This document shows, in pieces, positions 16,521-24,730 of a stretch of DNA of 32,226 bases. The translations under genes were made by a program, and so were the position numbers. Within the stretch, counting starts at the first letter, position 1, and each line of letters starts with the position of its first letter. The notes below the pieces were generated by a model. The model was not told where the DNA came from and did not search any database. It saw only the letters and a program-made list of their open reading frames with translations. This stretch comes from Eubacteriales bacterium (lineage in GTDB: Bacteria; Bacillota; Clostridia; Oscillospirales; CAG-272), in contig JAZNWM010000259.1 of assembly GCA_045593345.1 (NCBI GenBank), forward strand, positions 1-32,226. Reading direction: 5' to 3'.

Positions 16521-17381
16521 ATGAAATTAATGATACGTGCCCACGATCTCGGCTGTAAGGGTGAGGGGCGGGTTGCCGATGCGGTGATCAACGCAGGACT
16601 TGAGGGCGTTCAGCTGGTAGCATACAAATGCACCGAGGACGTAAAGTACGAAGAGGGCTTTATCACGAGTGAGCGTGCCGAAGAGATCGGACGTGCTTTT
16701 ACCGACCGCAACCTTCAGATTCCGCTTATCGGAGCGTATTTTAACCCCGTACATCCAAACGAAGAGAAGATCAGCCGCGGTATCGCAGTATTCAAGGACT
16801 ATCTTCGTGTGGCAGGCAATATCGGATGTGAGGTAGTCGGCTCGGAAACGGGCTCCTATAACGGCGATCCCTGGATATACCATCCGATGAACCACTCGGA
16901 CGAGGCACTTGACCGCGTTGTAGAATGCTTCGGCAATCTTGCAGATTACGCCGCATCACAGGGCAAATTTATCGGTATGGAGGGTGCCTTCGGTCACGTG
17001 TGTCACACTCCCGAAAGGCTTCGTGAGGCAATCAACCGTATCGGACGGGACAATATCCGCGTGATTTTCGACCTCTACAACTACCTTGATATTTCAAATT
17101 ACACCAACGCCTACGATATTCTTGACAGGGGACTTTCGCTTTTCGGCGAGCAGATACTTCTCTTCCATATCAAGGATTTCACAGTTGGCGAGAGTAAGCT
17201 TATACAGTGCGGTGTCGGCAAGGGTATACTTGACTATGACCTCATACTGAAAAAAATCTATGAGCACAATCCCGACGCCATCCTCGTTCTTGAGGGTACG
17301 ACGGGTGACGATATAGGATACGCGGTATCCTTCCTACGCAAGAAAATAAACGAAATTAATCAACCTGAAAGGAATGATTAA
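16521..17381 (+). CDS. Sugar phosphate isomerase/epimerase (xylose-isomerase-like TIM barrel)
   Basis: 286 aa. The pattern of beta-strand ends carrying E/D/H residues (VVGSETG, IGMEGAFGHV, VIFDLYNY, LFHIKDF, LVLEG) is typical of the AP_endonuc_2 / TIM-barrel family. The specific substrate cannot be called. Confidence 0.7.
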   Translation: MKLMIRAHDLGCKGEGRVADAVINAGLEGVQLVAYKCTEDVKYEEGFITSERAEEIGRAFTDRNLQIPLIGAYFNPVHPNEEKISRGIAVFKDYLRVAGNIGCEVVGSETGSYNGDPWIYHPMNHSDEALDRVVECFGNLADYAASQGKFIGMEGAFGHVCHTPERLREAINRIGRDNIRVIFDLYNYLDISNYTNAYDILDRGLSLFGEQILLFHIKDFTVGESKLIQCGVGKGILDYDLILKKIYEHNPDAILVLEGTTGDDIGYAVSFLRKKINEINQPERND

Positions 17382-17383
17382 AC

Positions 17384-18472
17384 ATGGCATATCTTTCATT
17401 ACAAGGAATTAACAAAATCTATCCCAACGGATTTCACGCCGTACACGACTTCAACCTGGAGATTGAGCAGGGCGAGTTTATCTGTCTTGTTGGCCCGTCG
17501 GGATGTGGAAAGTCCACTACCCTGCGTATGATTGCAGGCCTTGAGAATATCAGTAAGGGTGATTTCCTTATCAACGGCGTTCGTGCCAACGAGATGGGCC
17601 CCAGAGAGCGTGAGATCGCGATGGTATTCCAGAGCTATGCTCTCTATCCCCATATGTCTGTTTATGATAACCTTGCCTTCGGCCTTACCCTTCAGGGCGT
17701 TGACGATGACGTCATTGAAGAGAAGGTTACTAATATTGCGAGAATTCTCGGTCTTACCGACTATCTGGACAGAAAGCCGAGAGCTCTCTCGGGCGGTCAG
17801 CGTCAGCGTGTTGCGGTAGGCCGTGCCATTATTCGTAAGGTTGGCGTATTCCTTATGGACGAACCCCTCTCCAACCTTGACGCAAAGCAGAGAGTTACGA
17901 TGCGTTCCGAGATTACCGATATTCACAGAAAGGTTGGATCTACTACCATCTACGTAACCCACGATCAGACCGAGGCTATGACTATGGCTGACAGGATCGT
18001 TGTTATGAGGGACGGATATATCCAGCAGGTTGGTACTCCCTACGAGCTTTACTTCAACCCCGTAAATATGTTCGTTGCAGGCTTCATCGGTGAGCCCCCT
18101 ATGAACTTCGTTCGCTCTGTCACTGGTGGCGGTGTGATTAACGCCCTCGGTAGCCGCGTTGAGCTTTCGCATATTCTTTCGGACTCTACCGTAGCGGGAC
18201 TTGAGGGTAAGGAGGTTGCACTCGGCTTCCGTCCCGAGGGTATCCTTCTCGGCGAGCAGCCCGATTCCTACGTATTTGAGGCAACCGTTGACCTTACCGA
18301 GCTTCTCGGTGACAACACCAACGTTTACGTCAGCGTTGGATCGGACAGCCTTATTCTCAAGGTTGATCCCCACGATACACCCAAGCTTGATACCAAGATC
18401 ACCTTCTCCGTTCCCTACGCTAACGCATATCTCTTTGATTGCGAGAGCGAGAAGGTTATTGCAAAGAAGTAA
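17384..18472 (+). CDS. Sugar ABC transporter ATP-binding protein, MalK/MsmK/UgpC type (copy 2)
   Basis: Walker A GPSGCGKST, LSGGQRQRVAVGRA, VFLMDEPLSNLDA and YVTHDQ, plus a MalK-type C-terminal domain. By eye it is roughly 60 percent identical to copy 1 over the nucleotide-binding domain, with a far more diverged C-terminal domain. Confidence 0.92.
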   Translation: MAYLSLQGINKIYPNGFHAVHDFNLEIEQGEFICLVGPSGCGKSTTLRMIAGLENISKGDFLINGVRANEMGPREREIAMVFQSYALYPHMSVYDNLAFGLTLQGVDDDVIEEKVTNIARILGLTDYLDRKPRALSGGQRQRVAVGRAIIRKVGVFLMDEPLSNLDAKQRVTMRSEITDIHRKVGSTTIYVTHDQTEAMTMADRIVVMRDGYIQQVGTPYELYFNPVNMFVAGFIGEPPMNFVRSVTGGGVINALGSRVELSHILSDSTVAGLEGKEVALGFRPEGILLGEQPDSYVFEATVDLTELLGDNTNVYVSVGSDSLILKVDPHDTPKLDTKITFSVPYANAYLFDCESEKVIAKK

Positions 18473-18476
18473 TATT

Positions 18477-18510
18477 AAAAGGGGGAATTATAAATTACCC
18501 CTTTTATAGT
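18477..18510 (+). terminator. Rho-independent terminator ending the long plus-strand operon
   Basis: Stem AAAAGGGG / CCCCTTTT around loop GAATTATAAATTA, followed by a T-rich stretch. It starts 5 nt after the ATPase stop. Confidence 0.6.
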
Positions 18511-18518
18511 TGGTTATG

Positions 18519-18557
18519 AAAAATACAGAATGGAGGCATTCCACATTCTGTATTTTT
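18519..18557. terminator. Bidirectional terminator between convergent operons
   Basis: Stem AAAAATACAGAATG / CATTCTGTATTTTT with an 11-nt loop. A-run and T-run flanks allow it to work on either strand. It abuts the methyltransferase stop at 18557. Confidence 0.65.
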
Positions 18558-19336
18558 TATTTTTCATATTCGTATAATCTATACAGTTTTTTTGATATTC
18601 TGCCTCCGTAAACCCTGCGGAAGACTGCCCTTTCCACACCCGAAAGCTCGTCTATAAGATAATCGGGCGTCATATTGTGCTCGCTGATAAATCTGAGGCT
18701 GCAGTTTTCAAGGCTACGTGGCTCGTCAATACCAAAAACCAGCCTGACGCCTACGTCGTTTATGGGGTTCTTATATTTGGATGCCCTGGCGGCGAAGGTG
18801 GTGTAGCAGTCCATCAGCAAGGACACCCTGATAAATTTCTCTGCTATCCTGCCAAAAAATGCAGAAAGCTCGTCGGGAGAAAGATACATACTTACGCCCT
18901 CCATAATCAAGACGCAGGAGCCCCCGTCGGGAATAGCATCAAGCCAACCATCCTCGCGAATATCGCCACAAATCATTCTGTAGCATTCACTCTCATCAAA
19001 ATGACGCATACGCTCCTCTATTACAGAAGGAAAATCCACGTCATACCACGTTCCGCGGGACATACCAACCCTCGTGGCACGGCTGTCAAGACCGCAGCCA
19101 ACGTGGATTACGGTATGCTCACCCTCGGCCGTCCTGTGACGAACCCACTCGTCAAACACCCGCGACCGCATTCCCATATAAAAGGCAAGCCATTTTGACT
19201 TGGATTTACCCGAAAGCTTAAGCTCCGCACTCTGCCATATCTCCTCCGCCCGCTTGTCATCAAGGATAATTCCCCTCCCGCTGACGTAGGCTTTACCGTA
19301 CAGCGGTATGTATAGTGTTTTGTTTATCTCTGTCAT
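18557..19336 (-). CDS. Class I SAM-dependent methyltransferase, TcmP / leucine-carboxyl-methyltransferase-like (COG3315 type)
   Basis: 259 aa. The N-terminus TLYIPLYGKAYVS and the SAM motif I VIHVGCGLDSR, followed by an acidic loop, are typical of this family. Its start overlaps the GH4 stop (ATGA at 19333-19336). Confidence 0.75.
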   Translation of the reverse strand: MTEINKTLYIPLYGKAYVSGRGIILDDKRAEEIWQSAELKLSGKSKSKWLAFYMGMRSRVFDEWVRHRTAEGEHTVIHVGCGLDSRATRVGMSRGTWYDVDFPSVIEERMRHFDESECYRMICGDIREDGWLDAIPDGGSCVLIMEGVSMYLSPDELSAFFGRIAEKFIRVSLLMDCYTTFAARASKYKNPINDVGVRLVFGIDEPRSLENCSLRFISEHNMTPDYLIDELSGVERAVFRRVYGGRISKKLYRLYEYEK

Positions 19337-20712
19337 TTTATATACTCCGAAAGATAATTCTTGGTATTCTCCACCATCTCGTCAAAAAGCCCTCTTGCTG
19401 TGGCAAAATCAAGATCAACGAGAGGATCGTTTGCAAAGGCCTTGAATGCGAGATCAAGGTCACGCTCTCTTGCGGCTCTCGCCACGATCGTCTGTGCATC
19501 GGCGTGACGGGAAACAAGCTGCCACACGCCCTCGGGCACCTCGCCTGCAAACAGGGGCGTCACAGAATCGTCGCGAAAGGCGGCATTGGTCTCAACCACA
19601 ACGCCGAGAGGAAGATTGGAAATCTGGCCTACGTTAGGAAGATTTACGTTTGTGATATAGTCCTCGAGGCCGAGAAGAGCACGAATCTGTCTTACACCGT
19701 CCTCGCCCGTTTCCTCGATTCTGACATTTTCCTCGCCGCTGCAAAGACGCTCACTTCTCTCAAGCCTACGCTTAAGATCATCCTTTCTCCAGCTGACAGG
19801 AGTAAGGGCAAAGCCCCATTCGGTAATCTGCTCCTTGTCCTTGAGATACCAGCTACCCTCGCAGAATTCGGCAAGATGTCTGTCACCTGCGGCGGCAATA
19901 CAGCCGTATCTTCTGAAGAGATCGAACTTGACGCGGTGTTTTGCCTCAAAGGTAGAGTCGGGATGCTCCTTCTCAATACCGCTAACGTAGTATTTATCGG
20001 CAAAAGCTGCGTAAACCTTCATCACGTCAAGATTGCGATAGCTTGCGTCGGTAATCCAGGTGAAATGATTTACACCTACAACCTTGGTCTTTATATCCTT
20101 GCGGTCGGGTTCCGCCTCGCCGCTCACCTCGCTGACGGCCCTGGCAATAAGACGCTGAACGCCGAAAACCTCGTGACAGCAACCGAAGGCCTTTATATCA
20201 GGGAATGTGTCGTAAAGTGCCCTGATGCAGAGTGCCATCGGATTGGTGTAGTTAATAACCCAGGCTTTAGGGCAATACTCTCTGATAGCCTTGGCAATAA
20301 CTTCTATCATCGGTATAGTACGAAGCCCGCGGATAATTCCGCCGGGGCCTGTGGTGTCACCAACCGACTGGTAAATGCCGTATTTCTCGGGGGTATGAAC
20401 GTCACTCTCCATCTCGTCAAAGGTAGCGGGAAGAATGGAGATGATAACGAAATCCGCGTCGGAAAGTGCCTCGCCAATGCTTCTTTTGGCGGTGTATTTC
20501 CATTTTGCCGTTGCACCCTCGCAGGAGGCAAATTTGTTGCCGATAATCTCGTTTCGGTATGCGGCATCGTAATCTATGTCGTAGAGATCCACCTCGCCGC
20601 TGATATCAGTCGCAACCGCAAGGTCGCTCATAAGCTTCCACGCCCACCCACGCGAGCCGCCGCCAACGTATGCGATCTTGATATTTTCGACACCCCGATC
20701 GGTATATTTCAT
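19333..20712 (-). CDS. lplD: Glycoside hydrolase family 4, LplD-like (NAD+/Mn2+-dependent alpha-galacturonidase/alpha-glucosidase type)
   Basis: 459 aa. The N-terminal Rossmann segment reads IKIAYVGGGSRGWAWKLMSDL. The GH4 metal/catalytic segment FGCCHEVFG and INYTNPMA are also visible. Pectin-locus context supports the call. Confidence 0.82.
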   Translation of the reverse strand: MKYTDRGVENIKIAYVGGGSRGWAWKLMSDLAVATDISGEVDLYDIDYDAAYRNEIIGNKFASCEGATAKWKYTAKRSIGEALSDADFVIISILPATFDEMESDVHTPEKYGIYQSVGDTTGPGGIIRGLRTIPMIEVIAKAIREYCPKAWVINYTNPMALCIRALYDTFPDIKAFGCCHEVFGVQRLIARAVSEVSGEAEPDRKDIKTKVVGVNHFTWITDASYRNLDVMKVYAAFADKYYVSGIEKEHPDSTFEAKHRVKFDLFRRYGCIAAAGDRHLAEFCEGSWYLKDKEQITEWGFALTPVSWRKDDLKRRLERSERLCSGEENVRIEETGEDGVRQIRALLGLEDYITNVNLPNVGQISNLPLGVVVETNAAFRDDSVTPLFAGEVPEGVWQLVSRHADAQTIVARAARERDLDLAFKAFANDPLVDLDFATARGLFDEMVENTKNYLSEYIK

Positions 20713-20807
20713 TTTATTATCCTCCCGTAAAATAGTTTATCATCTTTAATTATATATCAATAAAGTCTTATCAGCCTTAAAATTTATATGTTTTTTAATA
20801 AAATTCC

Positions 20808-20836
20808 TTGATTTTTTTGATATTTTGTGCTAAACT
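20808..20836 (+). promoter_or_regulatory. Candidate extended -10 promoter for the AraC-family gene
   Basis: TTGATT (20808-20813), a 17-nt spacer ending in TGC, then TAAACT (20831-20836). It lies in the AT-rich divergent region shared with the GH4 operon. Confidence 0.35.
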
Positions 20837-20884
20837 ATATCCGTAATTAATTTTTCAGCCAAAGGCAGATAGTTGAGGAGCACT

Positions 20885-21679
20885 ATGGAACAAAAAATCA
20901 GCGGCAAAATTGATAATTATTATTTCAGCAAGGCAATTGATCGCCGTTACAGCGAGTCCACCCAGCATTATCACCCCCATTATGAAATTTACTATATGAA
21001 GGATGGCAATTGCCGTTACTTCATTGATGACCGTTCGTTTGACGTGGAGGCGGGTGACCTTATCTTTATTCCCGAGGGAATTATTCACCGTACCAACTAT
21101 ACCACCAGCTGTCACAGCAGACTTCTCATCAATTTCACCGAGGACTATATTCCCGCGGACGTGAAGGAGGTTATCTCAAAATCAAGGTATCTTTACCGTT
21201 CGCGAGAGATCGCGAAGAACGTAGAGGAGCTCTTCCGAAGGATAGAATATGAGTACACCCATCCCGACGAGTATACAAAGTCGCTGCTCTACTGCTACAC
21301 CGCAGAGATGTTTTACCTTATCCTGCGTCACCCGGGCAGTCTTGAGGAGGCTACTACGGGCAACGAGCTTATTGACAGCATCGTAAGGTACATAAAGGCG
21401 AATTATATGACCGATATCAAGCTGTCCACCGTTGCCAAGATGAAGTCCGTCAGTCCCGAGCATCTCTCCAGAACCTTCAAGAGCTGTACCGGTCTTGGCT
21501 TTAACGAGTACGTCACCCTACTCCGCCTGAGGCGTGCCGAGGAAATGATACGCTCCGAGCCTCATAAGACCATCAGCGAGATTGCATACGAGTGCGGCTT
21601 TAACGACGGAAACTACTTCTCCTACAAGTTCAAGAAGATGTACGGCATATCCCCTATCAAATTAAGAAATTCACAGTAA
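20885..21679 (+). CDS. AraC-family transcriptional regulator (N-terminal cupin sensor plus C-terminal double HTH)
   Basis: The cupin part reads HYHPHYEIYYMKDGNCRYFIDDRSFDVEAGDLIFIPEGIIHRT. The AraC HTH reads VSPEHLSRTFKSCTGLGFNEYVTLLRLRRAEEMI...ISEIAYECGFNDGNYFSYKFKKMYGISP. The ATG at 20885 has a GAGGAG RBS; the track ORF starts at a TTG at 20873. Confidence 0.9.
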   Translation: MEQKISGKIDNYYFSKAIDRRYSESTQHYHPHYEIYYMKDGNCRYFIDDRSFDVEAGDLIFIPEGIIHRTNYTTSCHSRLLINFTEDYIPADVKEVISKSRYLYRSREIAKNVEELFRRIEYEYTHPDEYTKSLLYCYTAEMFYLILRHPGSLEEATTGNELIDSIVRYIKANYMTDIKLSTVAKMKSVSPEHLSRTFKSCTGLGFNEYVTLLRLRRAEEMIRSEPHKTISEIAYECGFNDGNYFSYKFKKMYGISPIKLRNSQ

Positions 21680-21687
21680 TTATTGCG

Positions 21688-21725
21688 AGAGCTGTTCTGC
21701 AAAGGCACAGAACAGCTCTTTTTTG
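21688..21725 (+). terminator. Rho-independent terminator after the AraC gene
   Basis: A 12-bp perfect stem AGAGCTGTTCTG / CAGAACAGCTCT with an 8-nt loop, followed by TTTTTT. It abuts the metH stop on the other strand. Confidence 0.8.
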
Positions 21726-24095
21726 TTAAGTCTGATTTACATTTTTAACTCTTTCGGCATATCTTACCGCTTCCATAGCATCTCTGCCGTAGAAGTCAGC
21801 ACCGATAATTTTTGCGTATTCCTCGCTGAGAACGGCACCGCCCAGCATAATTTTACACCCGGGGGCACGCTCTCTGACAAGCCTGACCGTCCTCTCCATT
21901 GCGGGTAGCGTGGTGGTCATCAGGGCACTCAAGCCAAGGATATGAGCATCAAGACGGACAACCTCGTCGGCTATTCTCTCGGGGGGGACGTCCTTACCGA
22001 GATCGCTGACGGCAAAGCCGTAGTTTTCAAGAATAAGCTTCACAATATTCTTGCCGATATCGTGAATATCGCCCTCTACAGTGGCAATAACTATCTTGAT
22101 TCCATTGTTAGCACCTGCCTCGGAGGATTCCCTTATCACCTCAAAGGCGGATGATGCCGCCTCAGCACTCATAAGCAAGGATGGGAGGTATATTCTCTTC
22201 GCCTCATACTCCGCACCAACTGTATCAAGTGCGGGGGCAATATAGCTGTTTATTATATCAATCGCACTCTCACTCTTCAAAAGCTGGCGAGTAAGCTCAC
22301 CTGCTCTGTCGCGAAGACCCTTTATTATAGCAGTCTTAAGATCGCAGGAGGATAAATCAACGCTCACCGTCTGCTCGCTTACGTGGGATATGTAGCCCGA
22401 AAAATCGCTATCAAGCCCCGAAAGTGCCAAAAAAGAGTGATACGTATCCATAATTTCAGTACAAAGGGGGTTAATTATCGCCGCACTGAGCCCTCCCTCA
22501 AGTGCCATACCGAGAAAGGCAGAGTTGATAAGCTCACGCCGAGGCAGACCGAAGGATACGTTAGATATACCCAGCGAGGTATGGCATCCAAGCTCCTCGT
22601 GAATCATTTTTACCGCACGCAGAGTCTCGCGGGCGGCGTTTTTATTTGTGCTGACCGTCATAGCCAGCGGATCAAAAACAAGGTCGCAGGGTCTTATACC
22701 GTAGCGAAGTGCCTCATCATAAATACGCCTCGCAATAGCAAATCTTTCCTCTGCACCATCCGGAATACCCTTCTCATCAAGTGTAAGACACACCACAAGA
22801 CCGCCGTATTTTTTCACAAGAGGAAAGACGCTTGCCATACTCTCGGCCTTGCCGTTTACAGAATTAACCATAGCCTTGCCGTTATAGCAGCGAAGTGCAC
22901 GCTCCATCGCGACGGGATCGGCAGTATCGATCTGAAGCGGCAGATTTACGACCGCCTGCAGCCGCTTTATGACAAGGGGCAGAAGCTCGCTCTCACGTAT
23001 CTCGGGAAGTCCCACGTTTACGTCAAGAATATGGGCACCCGCCTCCTCCTCGGCAATCGCCTCGCGAAGAATGTAGTCAATATCTCCCGAGCGAAGTGCC
23101 TCCTTGAATCTGAGCTTGCCCGTAGGATTAATTCTCTCACCGATAAGGACGGGGCCGTCCTCAAAAACTACCGCGTGAGTATAGGAGGATGCAACGGTGA
23201 AGCTCTTCTTCTCTACAGATCTGTGAACAAAACCGCAAAGATGTTTTTTCAGGGCGGCAATATACTCAGGCGTTGTTCCGCAGCATCCGCCGAAAATTCC
23301 CACGCCAAGCAACGCAGCGTCACAAAGCTCCGCCGCAAACGTCTCGGGCGAAAGGCCGTACACCGTTCTACCATCAACGACAGAGGGAAGCCCCGCATTA
23401 GGCTTGAGGAAAACGGGTGTGGAGGAGTATTTGAGATACTCGGAAACTACAGGCATCAGCGTTCTGGGGCCAAAGGAGCAATTTACACCGATAGCGTCCG
23501 CACCCATTCCCTCAAGCATCGCCACCATTGCAGCAGGGCTCGCACCCGTCATAAGCTTGCCATCCTCGCCGTATGCATTGGACACGAATACGGGAAGGTC
23601 GCAGTTTTCCTTTGCCGCGAGAAGTGCCGCCTTTGTCTCATAGCTGTCCGACATCGTTTCAATAAGGATAATATCAACGCCGTATTTCACGCCAATCCTT
23701 ACGGTAGCGGCAAAAATCTCCACCGCGGCCTCAAAATCAAGCTCGCCGAGAGGCTTCAGCATCTTTCCCGTAGGGCCAATATCAAGGGCGATCCATTTTT
23801 CACCGTTATTTTTCGTGGTACGGACGGCCTCTCTTGCATTCTCCACCGCCGCCGAGATGATCTTCTCAAGCTCCTCCGGTGAAAATTTAAGTATATTAGC
23901 ACCAAAGGTGTTGGTAGAAATCAGATTTGAGCCTGCGTCAAGATATTCCCTATGAATTTTCGTCACAGCATCCGGATGGGTAAGGTTGGACACCTCAGGC
24001 AGCTCACCTATCGCAAGCCCCTCTGCCTGAAGCATCGTACCGAAGCCACCGTCCATAATAAGAATATTATTTTTAATAAAATCGGTAATTTTCAT
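21726..24095 (-). CDS. metH: Cobalamin-dependent methionine synthase, short form lacking the activation domain (Hcy-binding, pterin-binding and B12-binding modules)
   Basis: 789 aa. The N-terminal homocysteine S-methyltransferase domain ends with the zinc ligand motif GGCCGTTPEYI. A pterin-binding TIM barrel occupies the middle. The C-terminal B12 domain carries the DxHxxG motif (EGDIHDIGKNIV). Confidence 0.9.
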   Translation of the reverse strand: MKITDFIKNNILIMDGGFGTMLQAEGLAIGELPEVSNLTHPDAVTKIHREYLDAGSNLISTNTFGANILKFSPEELEKIISAAVENAREAVRTTKNNGEKWIALDIGPTGKMLKPLGELDFEAAVEIFAATVRIGVKYGVDIILIETMSDSYETKAALLAAKENCDLPVFVSNAYGEDGKLMTGASPAAMVAMLEGMGADAIGVNCSFGPRTLMPVVSEYLKYSSTPVFLKPNAGLPSVVDGRTVYGLSPETFAAELCDAALLGVGIFGGCCGTTPEYIAALKKHLCGFVHRSVEKKSFTVASSYTHAVVFEDGPVLIGERINPTGKLRFKEALRSGDIDYILREAIAEEEAGAHILDVNVGLPEIRESELLPLVIKRLQAVVNLPLQIDTADPVAMERALRCYNGKAMVNSVNGKAESMASVFPLVKKYGGLVVCLTLDEKGIPDGAEERFAIARRIYDEALRYGIRPCDLVFDPLAMTVSTNKNAARETLRAVKMIHEELGCHTSLGISNVSFGLPRRELINSAFLGMALEGGLSAAIINPLCTEIMDTYHSFLALSGLDSDFSGYISHVSEQTVSVDLSSCDLKTAIIKGLRDRAGELTRQLLKSESAIDIINSYIAPALDTVGAEYEAKRIYLPSLLMSAEAASSAFEVIRESSEAGANNGIKIVIATVEGDIHDIGKNIVKLILENYGFAVSDLGKDVPPERIADEVVRLDAHILGLSALMTTTLPAMERTVRLVRERAPGCKIMLGGAVLSEEYAKIIGADFYGRDAMEAVRYAERVKNVNQT

Positions 24096-24124
24096 TACAA
24101 ATACCTCGTAATGTAATCAATACT

Positions 24125-24730
24125 TTACATTTTTACGCCAATTATCGCGGTGACGGATTTTGTCGGGGTCATAAAAAGGTTCTCGCCGAGGCTGACGCCT
24201 ATCCTACGTGAGCATTCGAGAGAAGCAAATATTTCCCTCTGTAGATCAAGTGGTAGGTCTCCGTATCCGGGGCTGAACCGCACGGTAGTACTACCGCCAA
24301 AACGACTTGCTTCTCCGTCAATACGCAAGCAGAAGCTGTCGCATAGGGCCTCTACCCTCTCACTACCAAGAGCCTGCAGCATAACTGCACGTGCGGGAGA
24401 GGAAACCGAGTATCTTGCGATAAGTCTGTCAATTCCGACGCCTACGGTAGCACAAAAGAGTATTATTTTATTACAACCCGTAAGCCTTTTGGCAACCGAC
24501 GGGGAGTTGACGGTAGCAAATCCAAGATCAACGCTGCCCCCAAAATGCGAAATTTCAAGCATACGGTAGCACACCTTGTATACAAGACGGCCCTCTGCCT
24601 CACGAATACACTCCTCAAGCAGAGCCATCGCCTCGGGCGTGCTATCTCTCATCCCTGCGTAGCGTAGAGCCTCGGCTCTGTCAACCTCGGGTGCAGGCAG
24701 ACTCTCGGTCAGAATCGCGTTATTAATCAT
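24125..24730 (-). CDS. Stand-alone methionine synthase (MetH) reactivation/activation domain protein
   Basis: About 201 aa ending in RFSPGYGDLPLDLQREIFASLECSRRIGVSLGENLFMTPTKSVTAIIGV, typical of the Met_synt_B12 activation domain. The ATG at 24730 overlaps the metF stop by 8 nt; the track ORF starts at a TTG at 24736. Confidence 0.8.
   Translation of the reverse strand: MINNAILTESLPAPEVDRAEALRYAGMRDSTPEAMALLEECIREAEGRLVYKVCYRMLEISHFGGSVDLGFATVNSPSVAKRLTGCNKIILFCATVGVGIDRLIARYSVSSPARAVMLQALGSERVEALCDSFCLRIDGEASRFGGSTTVRFSPGYGDLPLDLQREIFASLECSRRIGVSLGENLFMTPTKSVTAIIGVKM

Noticed and set aside
20713-20884. Specific AraC operator half-sites in the GH4/AraC divergent region
   Set aside because: The region is AT-rich with many short imperfect repeats (for example TTTTTTGAT twice). 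Without orthologous alignments I cannot separate real operators from compositional noise.
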